This document shows, in pieces, positions 62,601-64,000 of a DNA stretch of 64,000 nucleotides (within the stretch, counting starts at the first letter, position 1; the number at the start of each line of letters is the position of its first letter). The stretch is from Xylographa opegraphella (lineage: Eukaryota). A model generated the notes under the pieces. That model was not told the origin of the DNA. It saw only the letters and a program-made list of their open reading frames with translations, and searched no databases. Made by a program: the position numbers and the translations under genes. Location of the stretch: assembly GCA_022813865.1 (NCBI GenBank), contig JALDZX010000004.1, positions 558,001 to 622,000 of the forward strand, read 5' to 3'.

Positions 62601-63199
62601 TCAGTGGATGCAGAAGACTGTATGCTCGAGAAGCTCTCTCTGGGTTTCAAAGGTCTTGCGTACGGATCCTTGTCGTCCACCTGTAATGGTGTAGCTGCCT
62701 TGCCAATTCCCATGGCGGCAGCTTGAGAAGAATCTGTGCGAGTGACAGTCGCAATCCGCGCTTTTGCACCAGAGGTGGAAAGTGATGGCTTCGGTGCGTG
62801 GAGAGGGAGATCATTGCCAACATTCCTAGTTTGTGTAGGAGAGCCAGCCTCGGAAGTAGTTCCAGACTCCTCGTATGCCAACTCCGCATACTCGTTTCCT
62901 TCTTGACCAATGGAAGGGAGACTGACACTGGGCGGCCTTGCTGGCAAGCTCATACTCGAATTCGATATATTTGGTCCATCGCTGCTGTGTAGCCGAGTAT
63001 TCATGTTGCTGTGATTTATAGCAAAAGGAGTTTCATTGAGAGGAGATCGAGCGAAGCTGTCTCTGTGAGGTGATTCAGACCGATCTGCGCGACGCTGAGC
63101 AGGTCGCGGCGGAACCTTTGGCGGCTCCAGCATTGTAGTGGTTGGCGCCTGAGGCACTTGGGCACGATTCGGACGTGGAGGGATCTGAGGCATTGCCAT
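59652..63199 (-). CDS. AIM21: Aim21-like Pro-rich actin-cytoskeleton protein, 2 coding exons
   Basis: IPEIGQRVPMYPNAGDVQAPSP, PPGSYGLHGHG..FEKAWY.KHP, WAMSSEDLNKIV, PILASDEV, KRFPSQDIWED and KIAALKAGFMSDL..LTDARKGRAKGP. Intron about 62128-62180. Confidence 0.85.
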
Positions 63200-64000
63200 T
63201 TTTGGCTCGTGTGCTATCCGACCTATGATAATGGTGAGTATCCGGCACTTCAACACCGGTTACAAAGTCGTCATCAAGAAGCAAAGCATCGCGATGAGCA
63301 TGATATGAGAGTCCGCTATGACAATAAGAGTAATATCTCAGCACAATCGGCGGTCATATCAATTGGTGACTCTTGTACATTCTAGCCGTTGTTATGATAC
63401 ATATAACAGCACTTCGCAATGCCAGAGACTTTCACGGACGGAACTCCCATTGCGTCTGGCAGTTCTTGGGGGATGAATTGCAAGAGTATTCTCCAATGAA
63501 AGGGCTAGGATGCAACGAACAGGCCCTGGGGATGCTCAAGCACTTACCTTGGGATTTGGAGAAGCCTAGCACCACCTCCCTGATGTCTGGCAGACAGTAT
63601 AAGAAGAAGACTCAAGGCAAGAAAGACGTTCAACCGGAAAGTTTGAGGGGCTCGTCCGAGGTCATTCCTTTGATGAAGGTTTCAAGGTTCTGGCTCCCCT
63701 CGGTTCCTGTGCAGGGGACCGATCGATGACGATCCAGCCTAAAACTTAAGCGGAAAGCCCCCAAACAAGGGCAGGCTTAGGGAGGATGGGCCTCACGTTC
63801 TCGACAAAGACGGAATCCGCAATCGTACACATTATATCCTACGGGATTCACACAATCGTGAATAGCCTTTGCAAGGAACTGGCCTGTAAAACATTCCTTG
63901 TTGAGATCTCCTGGTGAGGGAATTAGGTATGGTAGGTACATACCTACCACAGTATTCGACTCACCGCCAAAAAGGGCATGGTTGCCTGCACAAGCAAAAA

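Overview
Gene-dense, intron-containing genomic DNA of a filamentous ascomycete (Pezizomycotina-type GT-AG introns of about 50-120 nt with CTRAC branch points). About 23 protein genes are supported. Housekeeping genes include ARF1, RPL1/uL1, ERG13, PPN1, ethanolamine kinase, a CLC Cl-/H+ exchanger, an SR140/U2SURP-like splicing factor, Ish1/Msc1 and Aim21. Others are a Cu-only GPI-anchored SOD, a GNAT, an HSL-type hydrolase and several DUF proteins. A degenerate accessory block (about 14.5-26 kb) holds a frameshifted CorA-domain gene. No tRNA, rRNA, CRISPR array or intact transposon was seen. Most notable: (1) an intronless RtcB2-type RNA ligase fused to an N-terminal doublecortin/ubiquitin-like domain, missed by the ORF track because it runs off the left edge; (2) a fungal-luciferase-family gene with an ATG-free leader, a 3-codon uORF and an intron-like segment that would excise its own start codon; (3) recurrent islands with a C-rich-to-G-rich strand-skew switch, one forming a nested fold-back. 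All family calls come from motif recognition by eye, not database searches.
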